A stretch of DNA of 64,000 bases from Ostreococcus lucimarinus (taxonomy: Eukaryota), in the NCBI GenBank assembly GCA_000092065.1, contig CP000596.1. The stretch is one strand, 5' to 3'. The notes under the pieces are model-generated. The model searched no databases, was not told the origin of the DNA, and was given only the letters and a program-made list of their open reading frames with translations. Shown in pieces: positions 1 through 10,217 of this stretch; the first letter of the stretch is position 1, and every line of letters begins with the position of its first letter. A program made the translations under genes and the position numbers.

Positions 1-881
1 TCACGCACGCGAAATGCGCGCCGGTGATGAAGGGGTACGGGCCGGACCTGATCGTGCACGAGGCGTGGTCGCGGGACGCGCGCGAGGCGACGCGCGGAGC
101 GAAGACGGAGACAGAGACGGAGAACGAACGATCGATCGATCTCGTCGAGGCGTTCGGGAGGTTTAGGATCGATAACGCGGTGATCGGACCGGGATTGGGG
201 CGCGGGGCGGCGCTGGAGGCGGTGGAGGCGCTGAGAGAGGTCGCGGCGGCGTGCGTCGTGGACGCCGACGGGTTGAAGGCGCTGGAACCGACGAGCGCGG
301 ACGAGGACGGCGCGGAGGCGGCGCGAGGGAGAAATCCGACGGCGCTGGCGACGCCAAATAAGATGGAACTGTGGCGATTGGTGCGAAAGGCGTCGGGGGC
401 GTTCGAGGGGGGGGTGACGACGATGGATTTGAGCGCGCGCGAGGACAGGGAGAAAATAGCGAGCGCTCTGCGACGGTACGCCGGCTATAATTTCCTCGTC
501 AAGGGCGAAGACGATTACTTATTCATTCAACACTGGGACGTCGCGCCGTCGGTGTGCGACAGCGAGCGCGCGGCGAGCGGCGACGCGTCGATCGTTCGGC
601 TCCGTTTCGACGGCGTCGGCTCGCCGAAACGTTCCGGCGGTCAGGGCGACATTCTCGCCGGCGTCCTCGCGGTTTTTCTCCTCTGGTCCCAGCGCACGGA
701 CGCCACGACCGCGAGCAATCGTTTAGACGATTACGTCGCCGCCGTCGGCGCGGCGTGTTTCCTCGTGAAAGCCGCCTCGAGCGCGGCGTATCGCGAGTAC
801 GGTCGCGGCGCGCACGCGCAAGACGTCCTCGCGCGCGTCGCCTCGACGTTCATGGCGCATTTAGAACCCGATCTCTCCTAG
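1..881 (+). CDS. 5'-partial CDS. ATP-dependent NAD(P)H-hydrate dehydratase-like, YjeF C-terminal (carbohydrate kinase-like) domain. The reading frame is open to the window edge.
   Basis: The ORF 24..881 frame has no stop back to position 1. It contains GPGLG and GGxGDxLAG motifs typical of the YjeF_C / Nnr dehydratase family. The N-terminal part of that domain is missing, so the gene continues upstream of the window. Confidence 0.55.
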   Translation, partial: THAKCAPVMKGYGPDLIVHEAWSRDAREATRGAKTETETENERSIDLVEAFGRFRIDNAVIGPGLGRGAALEAVEALREVAAACVVDADGLKALEPTSADEDGAEAARGRNPTALATPNKMELWRLVRKASGAFEGGVTTMDLSAREDREKIASALRRYAGYNFLVKGEDDYLFIQHWDVAPSVCDSERAASGDASIVRLRFDGVGSPKRSGGQGDILAGVLAVFLLWSQRTDATTASNRLDDYVAAVGAACFLVKAASSAAYREYGRGAHAQDVLARVASTFMAHLEPDLS

Positions 882-1002
882 TTAGCGTTTTGCGATAGTC
901 ATCGACGGCCTCCGCCGTCGTCCGCGATCGGTGATTCGTTCGTTTCTTCGTCTCGCCGCCGGCGCCTCGCCGCCGTCCCCAAACCTCGAAGCGCCGCCCG
1001 CC

Positions 1003-2358
1003 ATGCCCCCGAAAAAAGTCGTCCAAGAGGAAGTCCTCGGCCCGTGGTCGCTCGGTCGATTCTCGAGCAACCTCAAGGTGCGCTTCGACGCGCTCGATCG
1101 CGCGTCGTCGTCGTCGAAAATCGCGTCCCGAGGGTGGATGCGCGTCCCGATGACGATGCGCTTTTCGCGCGCGCGAACGACGCTCGACGACTGACGCGCC
1201 GCGCGTTTCGCGCTCTGACGCCCGGCGTAGGTCGGCATCGTCGGTATGCCCAACGTGGGGAAGTCCACGCTGTATAACGCGCTGACGAACTGCGCGATCC
1301 CGGCGGAGAACTTTCCATTTTGCACGATCGAGCCGAACAGCACGCGCGTCAACGTGCCGGACGCGAGATTCGATTGGCTCGTCGAGCAAAACAAACCCAA
1401 GAGCGTGGTGGCGCCGTATTTAGAGATTGTCGATATCGCGGGGTTGGTGAAAGGGGCGTCCACGGGCGCTGGACTCGGAAACTCGTTTTTGTCGCACATT
1501 AAAGCCGTCGACGGCATCGCGCACGTGATGCGATGCTTCGAGGACGCGGATGTCATACACGTCGAGGATCGCGTCGATCCGGTGGATGATATCGAAATCA
1601 TCACATCTGAGTTGCGGGCGAAGGATTTGGAATTCATGAGCGCGCTGAAGGAAAAAACGGAGAAGGAGGTCACGCGCGCGGCGAACGCGATGGCGGCCAA
1701 GGAGCAAAAGCAAGAGTTGGAGACGATTTGTAAGGTCGTCGATTGGCTCGAGAGCGGGAAGGAGGTTCGTCACGGCATGGAGCAGTGGACGTCGAATGAT
1801 GTGATGTACTTGAACAAGTATCAGTTGTTGACGGCCAAACCGGTGATTTACTTGGTCAACCTGAGCCGTAAAGATTTCGAACGCAAAAAGAATAAATTCT
1901 TGGTCAAGATTCACGAGTGGGTGCAGGCGCACGGTGGCGGCACCATAATTCCGTTTTCCGCCGAAGTCGAGAGCGAGCTTCAACACGTCGCGGAAGAGGA
2001 CAAGGCGCAGTGGTGCAAGGACCGAGGCGTGCAAACGATGCTGCCGAAGATTATCACGACGGCTTTCTCCACCGTGCACTTGATTTACTTCTTCACCGCG
2101 GGACCAGACGAGGTCAAGGCTTGGTGCATTCGTAAAGGATACAAAGCGCCGCAAGCCGCGGGCGCGATTCACACCGATTTTGAGCGCGGTTTCATCTGTG
2201 CCGAAGTCATGGCGTTTGACGATTTGAAAGAGCTCGGTTCCGAGCAAGCGGTGAAAACTGCGGGCAAGTATCGACAGGAAGGGAAAACGTATACGGTGCA
2301 GGACGCCGACGTCATCTTCTTCAAGTTCAACGTCAGCGGTGCGGCGAAAAAGAAATAA
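1003..2358 (+). CDS. OLA1: Obg-like ATPase 1 (OLA1/YchF), two exons: join(1003..1077,1231..2358).
   Basis: Exon 1 encodes MPPKKVVQEEVLGPWSLGRFSSNLK, matching the OLA1 N-terminus MPPKK...GRFG..LK. It is followed by a GT donor (aag|gtgcgc). An AG acceptor at 1229-1230 joins in frame to VGIVGMPNVGKSTLYNALT (P-loop). The rest aligns along its full length to human OLA1, including the TGS domain at the C-terminus. Confidence 0.9.
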
Positions 2359-2450
2359 TCGATCTATACGTACTTGAAATATTACACTACACACCGATGA
2401 TGCTCTATTGCGCTATCCTACGCGCGGTGGCTAAATTTTTACAACGACGT

Positions 2451-5051
2451 CTAACGCCGCCTCGTCGAACGGCGAAGAAGGCTGCTCGCGACGCCGACTT
2501 CGCCCGCGCTCCCGGCGCTGCTCGAGTCGTCGTCGTACGAAACATTGAGCCCGTAGTCGACGTTCCCTGGAAATGCATCTATGAAGTCTCGTTCTAACTT
2601 CATCAACTCCCTCAGCGCTATCTCGATGGAGTTGAATCGTTTTCCCTCGTCGAACGCGACGCAACGGTTGAGCCAGGCCTGCAGGCTCGGCATCATCCAC
2701 ATCGTGCTCGGCACCATGCGACCGGTGGAAATCAACATCACAAGCTGCGCGTCGACGAGCATCTGTCGTTCGTTTTCGTCCGGCACGACGTCTTCGATCA
2801 CGTGTTTGGCTTGCCCAAACTGCGCGTAATAGAGCAACTCCCACGCCGCCAAACCGATGCCGTACAAATCAGCCAGTCGATACTTATCGGGCGTGATTGA
2901 CCCTGGCACGATTTTCAATCGCTCGGGGGCGACGTAACACAGCGTCCCGGTGAGTCGCGCGCTGGAATCAAACATCATGTTACCCGCTTTCGCCAAACCG
3001 AGGTCTGAAATCTTAATCACGTGGTTGCGGCGGCATCGCCTCGAGAGTTGCGAGCCGCGATAGCCTTGACACTCGCACGCCACGAGAAAGTTATCCATCT
3101 TAATATCACGATGCACCAAGTTTGCGGCGTGCACGTGCGCGACGCCTTGAATCATCATCTTGATGGCTTTGAAAATCGTCGCCCCGTCGCGCGGGTACGT
3201 GTTTTCTTTCAAGCAATTTCTCAGCGACCCGTGCTGACACAACTCAAACATCATCATCCACGTTCGACTTCGCGGTTCCACGACGGGTCCGAGGTATTCG
3301 CACAAATAATCGCTCTTTTTGATCGTTTCCAAGAATCCAATCTCCGCCTTGGTCTTGTACCTGTCGTGCGGTTCCTTGATGGCGACCAAAGTCGTGACGG
3401 TGAAATCGTCCGGGTCGCGCACGGACGCCAGGTACACCACGCTATTCGCTCCCCGACCGATGATGTCTATGATCGAGTACCCCGCGATGTTGAGCGACTT
3501 GTGTGACGACGTGTCCCGACCGTAAGCACCACCGCCGCTCAGTTTCGAGTGTTGGATGGAATCCGCGTCGTCCAAGTACGAGTTGTCGAGGTCGAGGTCG
3601 GAGTGATCCCGCCCGGTTTCGAAATCAAATCTACCGACGGCGTAGACGACGATGAGGACGAGAAAGCCGGCGAAGATGGAGAACGGCACGAGCAAGGTCA
3701 ACTGTCGACCGTGGATGTACGAGCCGTACGTCCGAGCGACCGACGATGATTCGTCGTCGCGAATCGCCGCGCCCGCGAGATTTTCCGAGACGTCCGCGCA
3801 CCGCGAGACTTTCAGTGCCTCGACGAGTTCGAAGAACGCGCGATGGTTTCGATCGTCGTCGGATGATTCGGTAACGTTTTCCCCGAAAGCGCAAATCGAA
3901 TCGACCAAAGCGTCTGGCCAATCGATGTCGTCGAGGGATCGAAAAACCATCGGATTGAACACCGCGGAGAGCTTGTAATCGAGGCCGAGATACAAACCGT
4001 TGTGCCCGACCGCGGCGACGACGGCGGGCGCGGCGTTCGCCGCGCACCGCAAGGAATCGTAAAGATCACGCGAGCGTTTCCCCCACGCCCGTCGCGAAGT
4101 AAGGGCGCGGTCATCCCACGCAGAGACGACGCCGTGTTGAACGGCGGACGGGAGCCTGCGCCCGACGTAGTCGAGGACGTATTCCGGATACACGTTTTCG
4201 CTCGAACCCAAGCGCGCGATCGCCGAGGCGATCGACGATCCCGAGGCGATCGAGCCCAAGCCACAGTTCTCCGCGGTGTGTAACGCCGCCGTGGCGAATA
4301 TGAACGATTTCAAACGCCCCGAGACGTCGTAATACGGCGACGCGTCCGGCGACGGGTAATCGACGTCCACCGACGCGTCGTAAATCATCGAATACGAAAA
4401 CGTATCGCCGAGTCTTTCGAGAAGAGACGACGACGATCCGCGCGGCGCATCGTCCATGCCCCCGTCATCCCGCCGCTCCAGGATCAACGTCGCCAAATCG
4501 TCGTAAAACGTAATCGGGTGCTCTTTTGACTTCTTCTCCGCGTCGTCGTCTTCGCAACTCGGAATTCCGTCGCAATACTCCCACGCCGCCGTCCCCTCGT
4601 CCACGTAACACCACGGTCCGTACCGCAGCGGGTGTCCGCGCCGTCCGTTGCGACAGTAATTACGATCCGCGTCGTCGACGACCGCGTCGTCGACGCGCTC
4701 GACCCTCGACCACGCCGCGCACGTCTTCCCGCTCGCCGACGCGTCGCGCGTCCCCGCGTAGTCCGACCCGCGCCCCAACCGCGCGACGATCCCGCCGACG
4801 GCGTCGAAGTACGCGCACAGCGGCGTCGGCGGCGGCGCGCCGCGCGCGAGCGCGTCGGCGCACGCCGCGGTGCGCGCGCGAGGCGGGCCGTACCCGGCGC
4901 GAGGACGCGCGCACGACGCGCTCGACGCGCTCGACGACGACGCGACGCACGCGACGCACGCGACGAGGGCGACGACGACGCGCGTTCGCCGACGACCGCG
5001 CGATCGCGCGCGCGACGGCATCGCCGACGACCGCGCGTCGGCGGGTGTCAC
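2451..5051 (-). CDS. Receptor-like protein kinase with an extracellular Kringle domain. Order: signal peptide, Kringle, unknown domain of about 300 aa, TM helix, Ser/Thr (TKL-like) kinase.
   Basis: Kringle signature: C..YAGT..SGKTCAAWS...NYCRNGRRGHPLRYGPWCYVDEG..WEYCDGIPSC (compare plasminogen ITCQKWS...NYCRNPD..GPWCYT..YCDILEC). TM segment LTLLVPFSIFAGFLVLIVVYAV. Kinase motifs: VAIK, HRDIKMDNFLV, SDLGLAK, GTLCYVAPE. The start is 5051 or the internal Met about 30 nt downstream. Confidence 0.75.
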   Translation of the reverse strand: MTPADARSSAMPSRARSRGRRRTRVVVALVACVACVASSSSASSASCARPRAGYGPPRARTAACADALARGAPPPTPLCAYFDAVGGIVARLGRGSDYAGTRDASASGKTCAAWSRVERVDDAVVDDADRNYCRNGRRGHPLRYGPWCYVDEGTAAWEYCDGIPSCEDDDAEKKSKEHPITFYDDLATLILERRDDGGMDDAPRGSSSSLLERLGDTFSYSMIYDASVDVDYPSPDASPYYDVSGRLKSFIFATAALHTAENCGLGSIASGSSIASAIARLGSSENVYPEYVLDYVGRRLPSAVQHGVVSAWDDRALTSRRAWGKRSRDLYDSLRCAANAAPAVVAAVGHNGLYLGLDYKLSAVFNPMVFRSLDDIDWPDALVDSICAFGENVTESSDDDRNHRAFFELVEALKVSRCADVSENLAGAAIRDDESSSVARTYGSYIHGRQLTLLVPFSIFAGFLVLIVVYAVGRFDFETGRDHSDLDLDNSYLDDADSIQHSKLSGGGAYGRDTSSHKSLNIAGYSIIDIIGRGANSVVYLASVRDPDDFTVTTLVAIKEPHDRYKTKAEIGFLETIKKSDYLCEYLGPVVEPRSRTWMMMFELCQHGSLRNCLKENTYPRDGATIFKAIKMMIQGVAHVHAANLVHRDIKMDNFLVACECQGYRGSQLSRRCRRNHVIKISDLGLAKAGNMMFDSSARLTGTLCYVAPERLKIVPGSITPDKYRLADLYGIGLAAWELLYYAQFGQAKHVIEDVVPDENERQMLVDAQLVMLISTGRMVPSTMWMMPSLQAWLNRCVAFDEGKRFNSIEIALRELMKLERDFIDAFPGNVDYGLNVSYDDDSSSAGSAGEVGVASSLLRRSTRRR

Positions 5052-5197
5052 GCGCCGACGTCTCCGGCGCGCGCCCCCCCCTCTCCGGTCGGCGAAACCC
5101 GTAACAAAAGCGTTTCGACCGCGACCGGGGCGGGGGGGGTAAATTTACGCATCAACGAGTATCTATTCAAGGGTGTGAAACGCCCATGTATGTATAA

Positions 5198-5354
5198 GCT
5201 CGGTTAGCTCAGTTGGTTAGAGCGTGGTGCTAATACATTATACGTAGCATTCGATTCGAGCGCGATTCAGTTCGCGCTTCAGACACGTGGACGTTTGTAT
5301 TCAGTCTGATGAAGAGAAACGCCAAGGTCATCGGTTCGACCCCGGTACTGAGCA
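5198..5354 (+). tRNA. tRNA-Ile (anticodon AAU) with an intron of about 83 nt between positions 37 and 38 (about 5236..5318).
   Basis: 5' half GCTCGGTTAGCTCAGTTGGTTAGAGCGTGGTGCTAATA and 3' half ACGCCAAGGTCATCGGTTCGACCCCGGTACTGAGCA are nearly identical to eukaryotic cytosolic tRNA-Ile-AAT. The acceptor stem pairs (GCTCGGT / ACTGAGC, one G-U). The T-loop is TTCGACC. A TTTTTT run lies about 30 nt downstream. Confidence 0.85.
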
Positions 5355-5382
5355 TAGCGTCAGTGAACATTGTTCCCACTTT

Positions 5383-5389
5383 TTTAGCC
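5383..5389 (+). terminator. Oligo-T Pol III terminator downstream of tRNA-Ile.
   Basis: TTTTTT run about 30 nt 3' of the tRNA acceptor end. Confidence 0.4.
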
Positions 5390-5701
5390 TATCAATTTTT
5401 ATCACTTTTTTTATTTCATCTCACTGTATTCATAACCAATTGTCCGTTTCGAGCAGCACTTTTCGCGTTGTCGCGACGCTCGACGTGCGTTCGTCGGGAC
5501 CGACGAATGACTCCGGTCGGACTATTCATATCGCAATCGAATATCGTTGGCGTAGTAACTTTGTGCTCGCTCTTACAAAGGTGGTGTGGCTAAGAATGTC
5601 GGTGGCGGTGGTGGCGACGACACCGCGCGCCGACTTCGGGACAAACGACCGCGGTCGTCAATCGTTTTATCACTCCGCCGTTCAACGAAACGAACGGACG
5701 A

Positions 5702-6318
5702 TTAGTACGGCACTTGACCCGCGAGGATTTCCCCGGCCGAGATAATCGTCGCGAACGAACCCGCGGCGAGAACGTCGACGGCGGTGAACCCCGCCGGATC
5801 GCGCGAGCCGATGTTCTTCGTGCTCGCTTGTTCCACCATCGCCGTGTGGCTCGACGCGCCGTTGTAGTTCTTCTTCACGCTCGGCATAAGGCCGAAGCGC
5901 ATCGCGCCCATGATCGCGGCCGTGTTCGCGCACACAATCTAAGATTTCGAACGATTCGTCGTCAGTCAGTCGTCGTCGTCGCCTCGTCGCCCTAGCTCGA
6001 ATCCTCGTCTTCTCTCGTCCCGCTCGCGCGTCGCTCGCGTCGTCTCGACGCACCATGTTCTCCGTGGACCCGAGCGACCAATCCGCGCGCACGCGCACGT
6101 CGCGCTTCGCCGCCTGTCGTCGCGCGATCGCCGCGAAAGTCAGTCCAAAGTCGCAATCATCGTCAAGATACGCGTATCGTATCGCGATCCGATCGTTCGT
6201 CGCGTTCGGGCGTCGCGCGCACCTTTGCGACGCGAGACGCGCGCTTGACGGCGGAGACGTCGGCGATGGAGGTCTTGGAGGACACGATTTGCGTGCGTTG
6301 CGCGATGGAGGCGTGCAT
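5702..6318 (-). CDS. Photosystem I subunit of the PsaK/PsaG family (nuclear-encoded, chloroplast precursor), two exons: join(5702..5938,6223..6318).
   Basis: Exon 2 encodes ...AIMGAMRFGLMPSVKK...RDPAGFTAVDVLAAGSFATII..., matching PsaK GRFGLAPSANRK...DPAGFTLADTLACG and PsaG DPAGFTIVDVLAWG. On the minus strand an upstream exon, MHASIAQRTQIVSSKTSIADVSAVKRASRVAK (transit-peptide-like), ends at a GT donor (gcaaag|gtgcgc). An AG acceptor precedes ATTGTGTGCGCG; the intron is about 284 nt and phase 0. Confidence 0.7.
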
Positions 6319-6435
6319 GGCGACGAGTTTTGACGCGCGATTCGTCGCGCGCGCGGGACCGCGGACCGCGCGATGGGCCGTGTGTAATTTTGTGTGTTAC
6401 TTTACTTACATGTACAGAAACGCGCGCGGCGGCGG

Positions 6436-7509
6436 TCACGGCGCGGCGTCGCCGGCGACTTTGATCTCGAGTAAGCTCTCCACCGGATTGCGACAGATGG
6501 GGCAGACGTTACCCGTGAGCTGCGAGCGCAGTGCATGCGCGCACTCGGCGCACATGCACAGGTGGCGACACGGGAGCACGGTGGTGTCGCGAGGCTCGGT
6601 GAGACAGATGACGCACTCCTCGCCGACGTCGGCGGAGCTCAGCCCGACGTTGTCGCAACTCTCGATGCCGTAAATCTCTTGTAACTCGTACGACGAACCG
6701 TGGACGTAGATTTTTTGTTTCGTGACGTGGGCGGTCCACTTGCGCGGCGCGCTCGTCTCTCGGCGAAACTCGGCGTACGTCGTTTGACACTGAACCCACG
6801 GCTCGGGCTTCGCTAAGCCCCCGATCGGGTTCTCGGGAAGGTCCGCTAACGTCTTTCCATGATTCGCCTCGGCGTCGGACGAAACACACTCCAAACGAAT
6901 CACCACCGGGTACGTCTTCGCGTCGACGTTCGTCGTCGTCAGCTCGCGTTCGCCGCCGAACGATCGCACGTCCACGTAATCCTCCGCCCCTTGCGTGAAC
7001 CGCGCGCCGAGTCCGGCTTCCAAATGCGCCACGTTCGTTCCTTTCGGGTTCGTTCGCGCGATCGGGTTCGTCGACGCCGGTTCGAACGCTCCCCCGGGCA
7101 ACTCCCTCGCCACGTACGCCACCGACACCCGACACGCCTTGTCCGCGTCCACCTTGAACGTGATCCCGAACTTATTCGCCCCCGCCCCGGACGACAACGA
7201 CGGCGTTCCACCGGATCGTCCGCCCGCGCCGCCGTCGCTCGTCACGCACTCGAGCGTCGATTTGTTCAAGTTGACGTGATTGCGAATCGTCGTCGTCTTG
7301 TGCGTCCTCGCCGCGCTCGTCGTCGTCGTCGTCGTCGCGCCGCCGTCGCTCTCGACGATCGCACCGCGGCCGTCATCGTTCGACGCGCGTCGTCCTCCGC
7401 GGCGTCCTTCGGCGTCGGACGCGGCGTGCGCGCGCAGATCCGCGCGCGGGTCGAAATCGACGTCAGCGCGCGAAGTCGCGCGACGCGCGCGCGAGGACGA
7501 CGCGCCCAT
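6436..7509 (-). CDS. RING E3 ubiquitin ligase of the MGRN1 / LOG2 family, with an N-myristoylation signal.
   Basis: N-terminal MGASSS. Central region PVVIRLECV...YELQEIYGIE matches MGRN1 YLLQEIYGIE. C-terminal C3HC4 RING: CVICLTEPRDTTVLPCRHLCMCAECAHALRSQLTGNVCPICRNPVESLLEIKV. Confidence 0.85.
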   Translation of the reverse strand: MGASSSRARRATSRADVDFDPRADLRAHAASDAEGRRGGRRASNDDGRGAIVESDGGATTTTTTSAARTHKTTTIRNHVNLNKSTLECVTSDGGAGGRSGGTPSLSSGAGANKFGITFKVDADKACRVSVAYVARELPGGAFEPASTNPIARTNPKGTNVAHLEAGLGARFTQGAEDYVDVRSFGGERELTTTNVDAKTYPVVIRLECVSSDAEANHGKTLADLPENPIGGLAKPEPWVQCQTTYAEFRRETSAPRKWTAHVTKQKIYVHGSSYELQEIYGIESCDNVGLSSADVGEECVICLTEPRDTTVLPCRHLCMCAECAHALRSQLTGNVCPICRNPVESLLEIKVAGDAAP

Positions 7510-7742
7510 CGCGGTGCGCGCGCGAGCGCGCGCGAGCGATCGTTCGCGCGCGCGCGGCGGTCGATCGGATTCGCGGTCGCGAGGCGTCGTGTGCGGCGGA
7601 ACGCGAGCGGCGCGCGAGGCACGCGAGGCGCGCGAGGCGCGCGAGGAACGAGGACGCGAGGAACGCGAGGCGCGCGAGGACGCTCGTCTCTCTCGTTCGC
7701 TAATAAATCGCCGGGAACTACTCGTCGTCGCTATCGCTGCCG

Positions 7743-8184
7743 CTACTTTTCAGTCGACGCCGACCGAGCGAGATCGACGGCGGCGGCGGCGGCTCGCTCC
7801 GGCGCCGCCTCCGTGGCCTCGAGAACCTTCTCGAACGCGGCGACGAGTGCCGTCCAATGGCGCTCGTCCTCCATTTCCACGGATGGCGTGTTGACGTGGG
7901 CGTGGGCCAACTGCGCGCCGCGAAACTCGCGGGCGACTCTGAGGCAGTTCTTGCGCGAGACGCCGAGATTTGCGCCGAAATACGCCAAGGCTTCGACGAC
8001 GGCTTTGCGCGTCTTCAGACTCGGGTCTTGGAGCGAATCGCGCGCGCGCAATAACTCGTTGAGACGAGCTTCGAGGAGTCGCCGAAGGTCCGCGTTCCAG
8101 ACGAACCGCGCGCGGCGCGTTTGTCTCGTTCCTCCGGCGTCGGCGGACGCCGCCGCGCCGTTCGCGTCGCGACCTTCTCTCGTA

Positions 8185-8219
<35 letters not shown>

Positions 8220-9482
8220 CGCATCCATTTCATCGTTCTCTTTGCTGTCGTCATCGTCGTCTTCGCTCGGCGTCGCCAAATCCCAGCGACAGATGAGGCC
8301 CGAATCGCACGCCGCGACGACGACGTCGCCGTCGCGATTGATGGCGCACTGACGAACGACCGCGAAGCCGTCGAGCGCGATTTCGGGCGCAACGTTGTTT
8401 GACGCGCTACGCCTGACCGGAAACGCCGCCAATCTCGCGGGCGCGCGCGTCAACCCGCCGCGCGCGTCCAAGCGCCACACCAGCACCAAACCTTTAATGT
8501 TGCCCAAAGCGAAGGCGTTTCGCGATCCCGAGACGGCGAAGCGTATCCACCACAAATTCGCGTCTTTTTGCTCAAACGCCGACACCGAACGAAATTGGTT
8601 CCCTCGCGCGTGCACCACGCCCACGGGTTCGTCTGGCACCCAAAGCTTCACGATGCCGTCCACGCTCTTGCTCAACACCGCGTCGCCCAACCACCCGACA
8701 CAATCGACGTAATCGTCGTGCACGCTGCTGCTCGAAAACATCGGCGTATCGATGACGATCGTTTTGAAATTCGCGAGTGGTTTCGTCCAAGTCGCCGCCT
8801 TCGCCATGGAATCCGCGAGCGGCGGCGTGGCCCAAACCTTGACGCAGTTGTCCATCGCGCCCGTGACGAGCTTCATCTGCCCTTTCGCGTCGATGGCGGG
8901 ATGAAAATCCACGCTCAACAACTCATTTCTATGGCCTCGAGCCCCGGCTAATATCGCCATCGTCACCCCGGTGTTGACGTGCCACAGACGAACGCTCAAA
9001 TCCTTGCTCGCCGTCGCCACCACGCTCGGCCGCGACGGGTGCGACACGACGGAATTCACCGTCCCTCCGTGTCCCACCAGATTCACGTGCAGCCGCCCCG
9101 TGACGCAATCTACGACGCGCACCACCGCTCCCTCCCCCGCGAGCGCCAGGCACGGCCGCAATTTCCCCTTTCCCGTCGTCGTCGCGTCGGCGCCGCTCTC
9201 CCGTCGTCCCACCGAGTCAATCGCGCACCACTCGCACGCGTAAAACGCCTCATTCGCGTCGCGCGTCTCAAACGACGCCACGAGCACGACGTTTCCCGAC
9301 TTTTCGCACTCCCACACGTCCGCCCGCGTCCCCGCGCACGTGGCGAACGTTCGCTGAAACTTTCCATCGACGCCTTCGATGGCGCAAAATCGCGCGCAGT
9401 ACACGTGCGCGCGCTCCTGACCGTCCCGTATCGCGCACGTCGGCGCGTACGACGCCCGTTTCGCCTCCCGCGCGCGCGCCAT
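7743..9482 (-). CDS. EED: Polycomb PRC2 WD40 subunit EED / ESC / FIE homologue, with a C-terminal extension of about 200 aa containing a poly-Asp stretch.
   Basis: Aligns to human EED along the WD40 propeller: NEAFYACEWC, GHGGTVNSVVSHPSRPSVVATASKDLSVRLWHV, GHRNELLSVDFHP, DYVDCVGWLGDAVLSKSVDGIVKLW. Confidence 0.85.
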
Positions 9483-9545
9483 GTCGCGCGCGTCGCGCTC
9501 TGACGGTTTTCATTCGCCGCGAGCGCTTCATTCGTCGACGCCGCG

Positions 9546-10217
9546 ATGAGACTCGACGGCGACGCGCTCGACGCGCTCGACGCGCTGGAAAACCTGCTGA
9601 ACGCGGAGTCCGCAGACGTGGTGAACGACGTCCTGGACGACGCGTGCAAGGCGTGGTGCGACGGCGCGCGCGAAGGCGAAGAAAAACGAACCCAGCGTTT
9701 GAGGAAAAATTGTGAAAAAATCAAAGAAAAACTCGAAGTCGAGAGCGACGACGAGGCGCTGCGAACGACGCGGGCGTGCGAGACGGTGGTGAGGATGTCA
9801 GTCTGGGCGCTCGGCGCGAGCGGCGGTGAAAACGCGTCGATGGGGTTCGAACGCGCGGTGACGCACGAGAAGCTTCGAGCGCTGCTCGTCGAGCGCGCGC
9901 TCGAGCGAAGAGGAAAATGGCGCGAGAAAATCACGAGCGCGCGCGCGATGCCGGTGGAGGTGTTAAAAGATTTCGATTGGTGCGTGCGCGGGACGACGGG
10001 CGGCGCGGGCGCGGCGACGGGATCGATCTCGGTCGCGAACGCGCCGACGTGTCGCTTCGCGCTTCGGTTGCGGCGCGGCGGCGCTTCGGCGGCGGCGGCG
10101 GCGCGAGACGTGCACTTCAGCGTCGGAATCGATGCGCTGGACGTCATCGCGGATAAGTGCGCGGAGGCGCGCAGGGCGATCGAGACCTTGGCGCCGGGCG
10201 CGACGCCCGAATCGTAG
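9546..10217 (+). CDS. COMM-domain-like protein (tentative).
   Basis: The C-terminal roughly 70 aa (LKDFDWCV...FALRLRR...VHFSVGIDALDVIADK) resemble the COMM domain consensus LxDFDWRV...L.L. The family call is weak. Confidence 0.4.
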   Translation: MRLDGDALDALDALENLLNAESADVVNDVLDDACKAWCDGAREGEEKRTQRLRKNCEKIKEKLEVESDDEALRTTRACETVVRMSVWALGASGGENASMGFERAVTHEKLRALLVERALERRGKWREKITSARAMPVEVLKDFDWCVRGTTGGAGAATGSISVANAPTCRFALRLRRGGASAAAAARDVHFSVGIDALDVIADKCAEARRAIETLAPGATPES

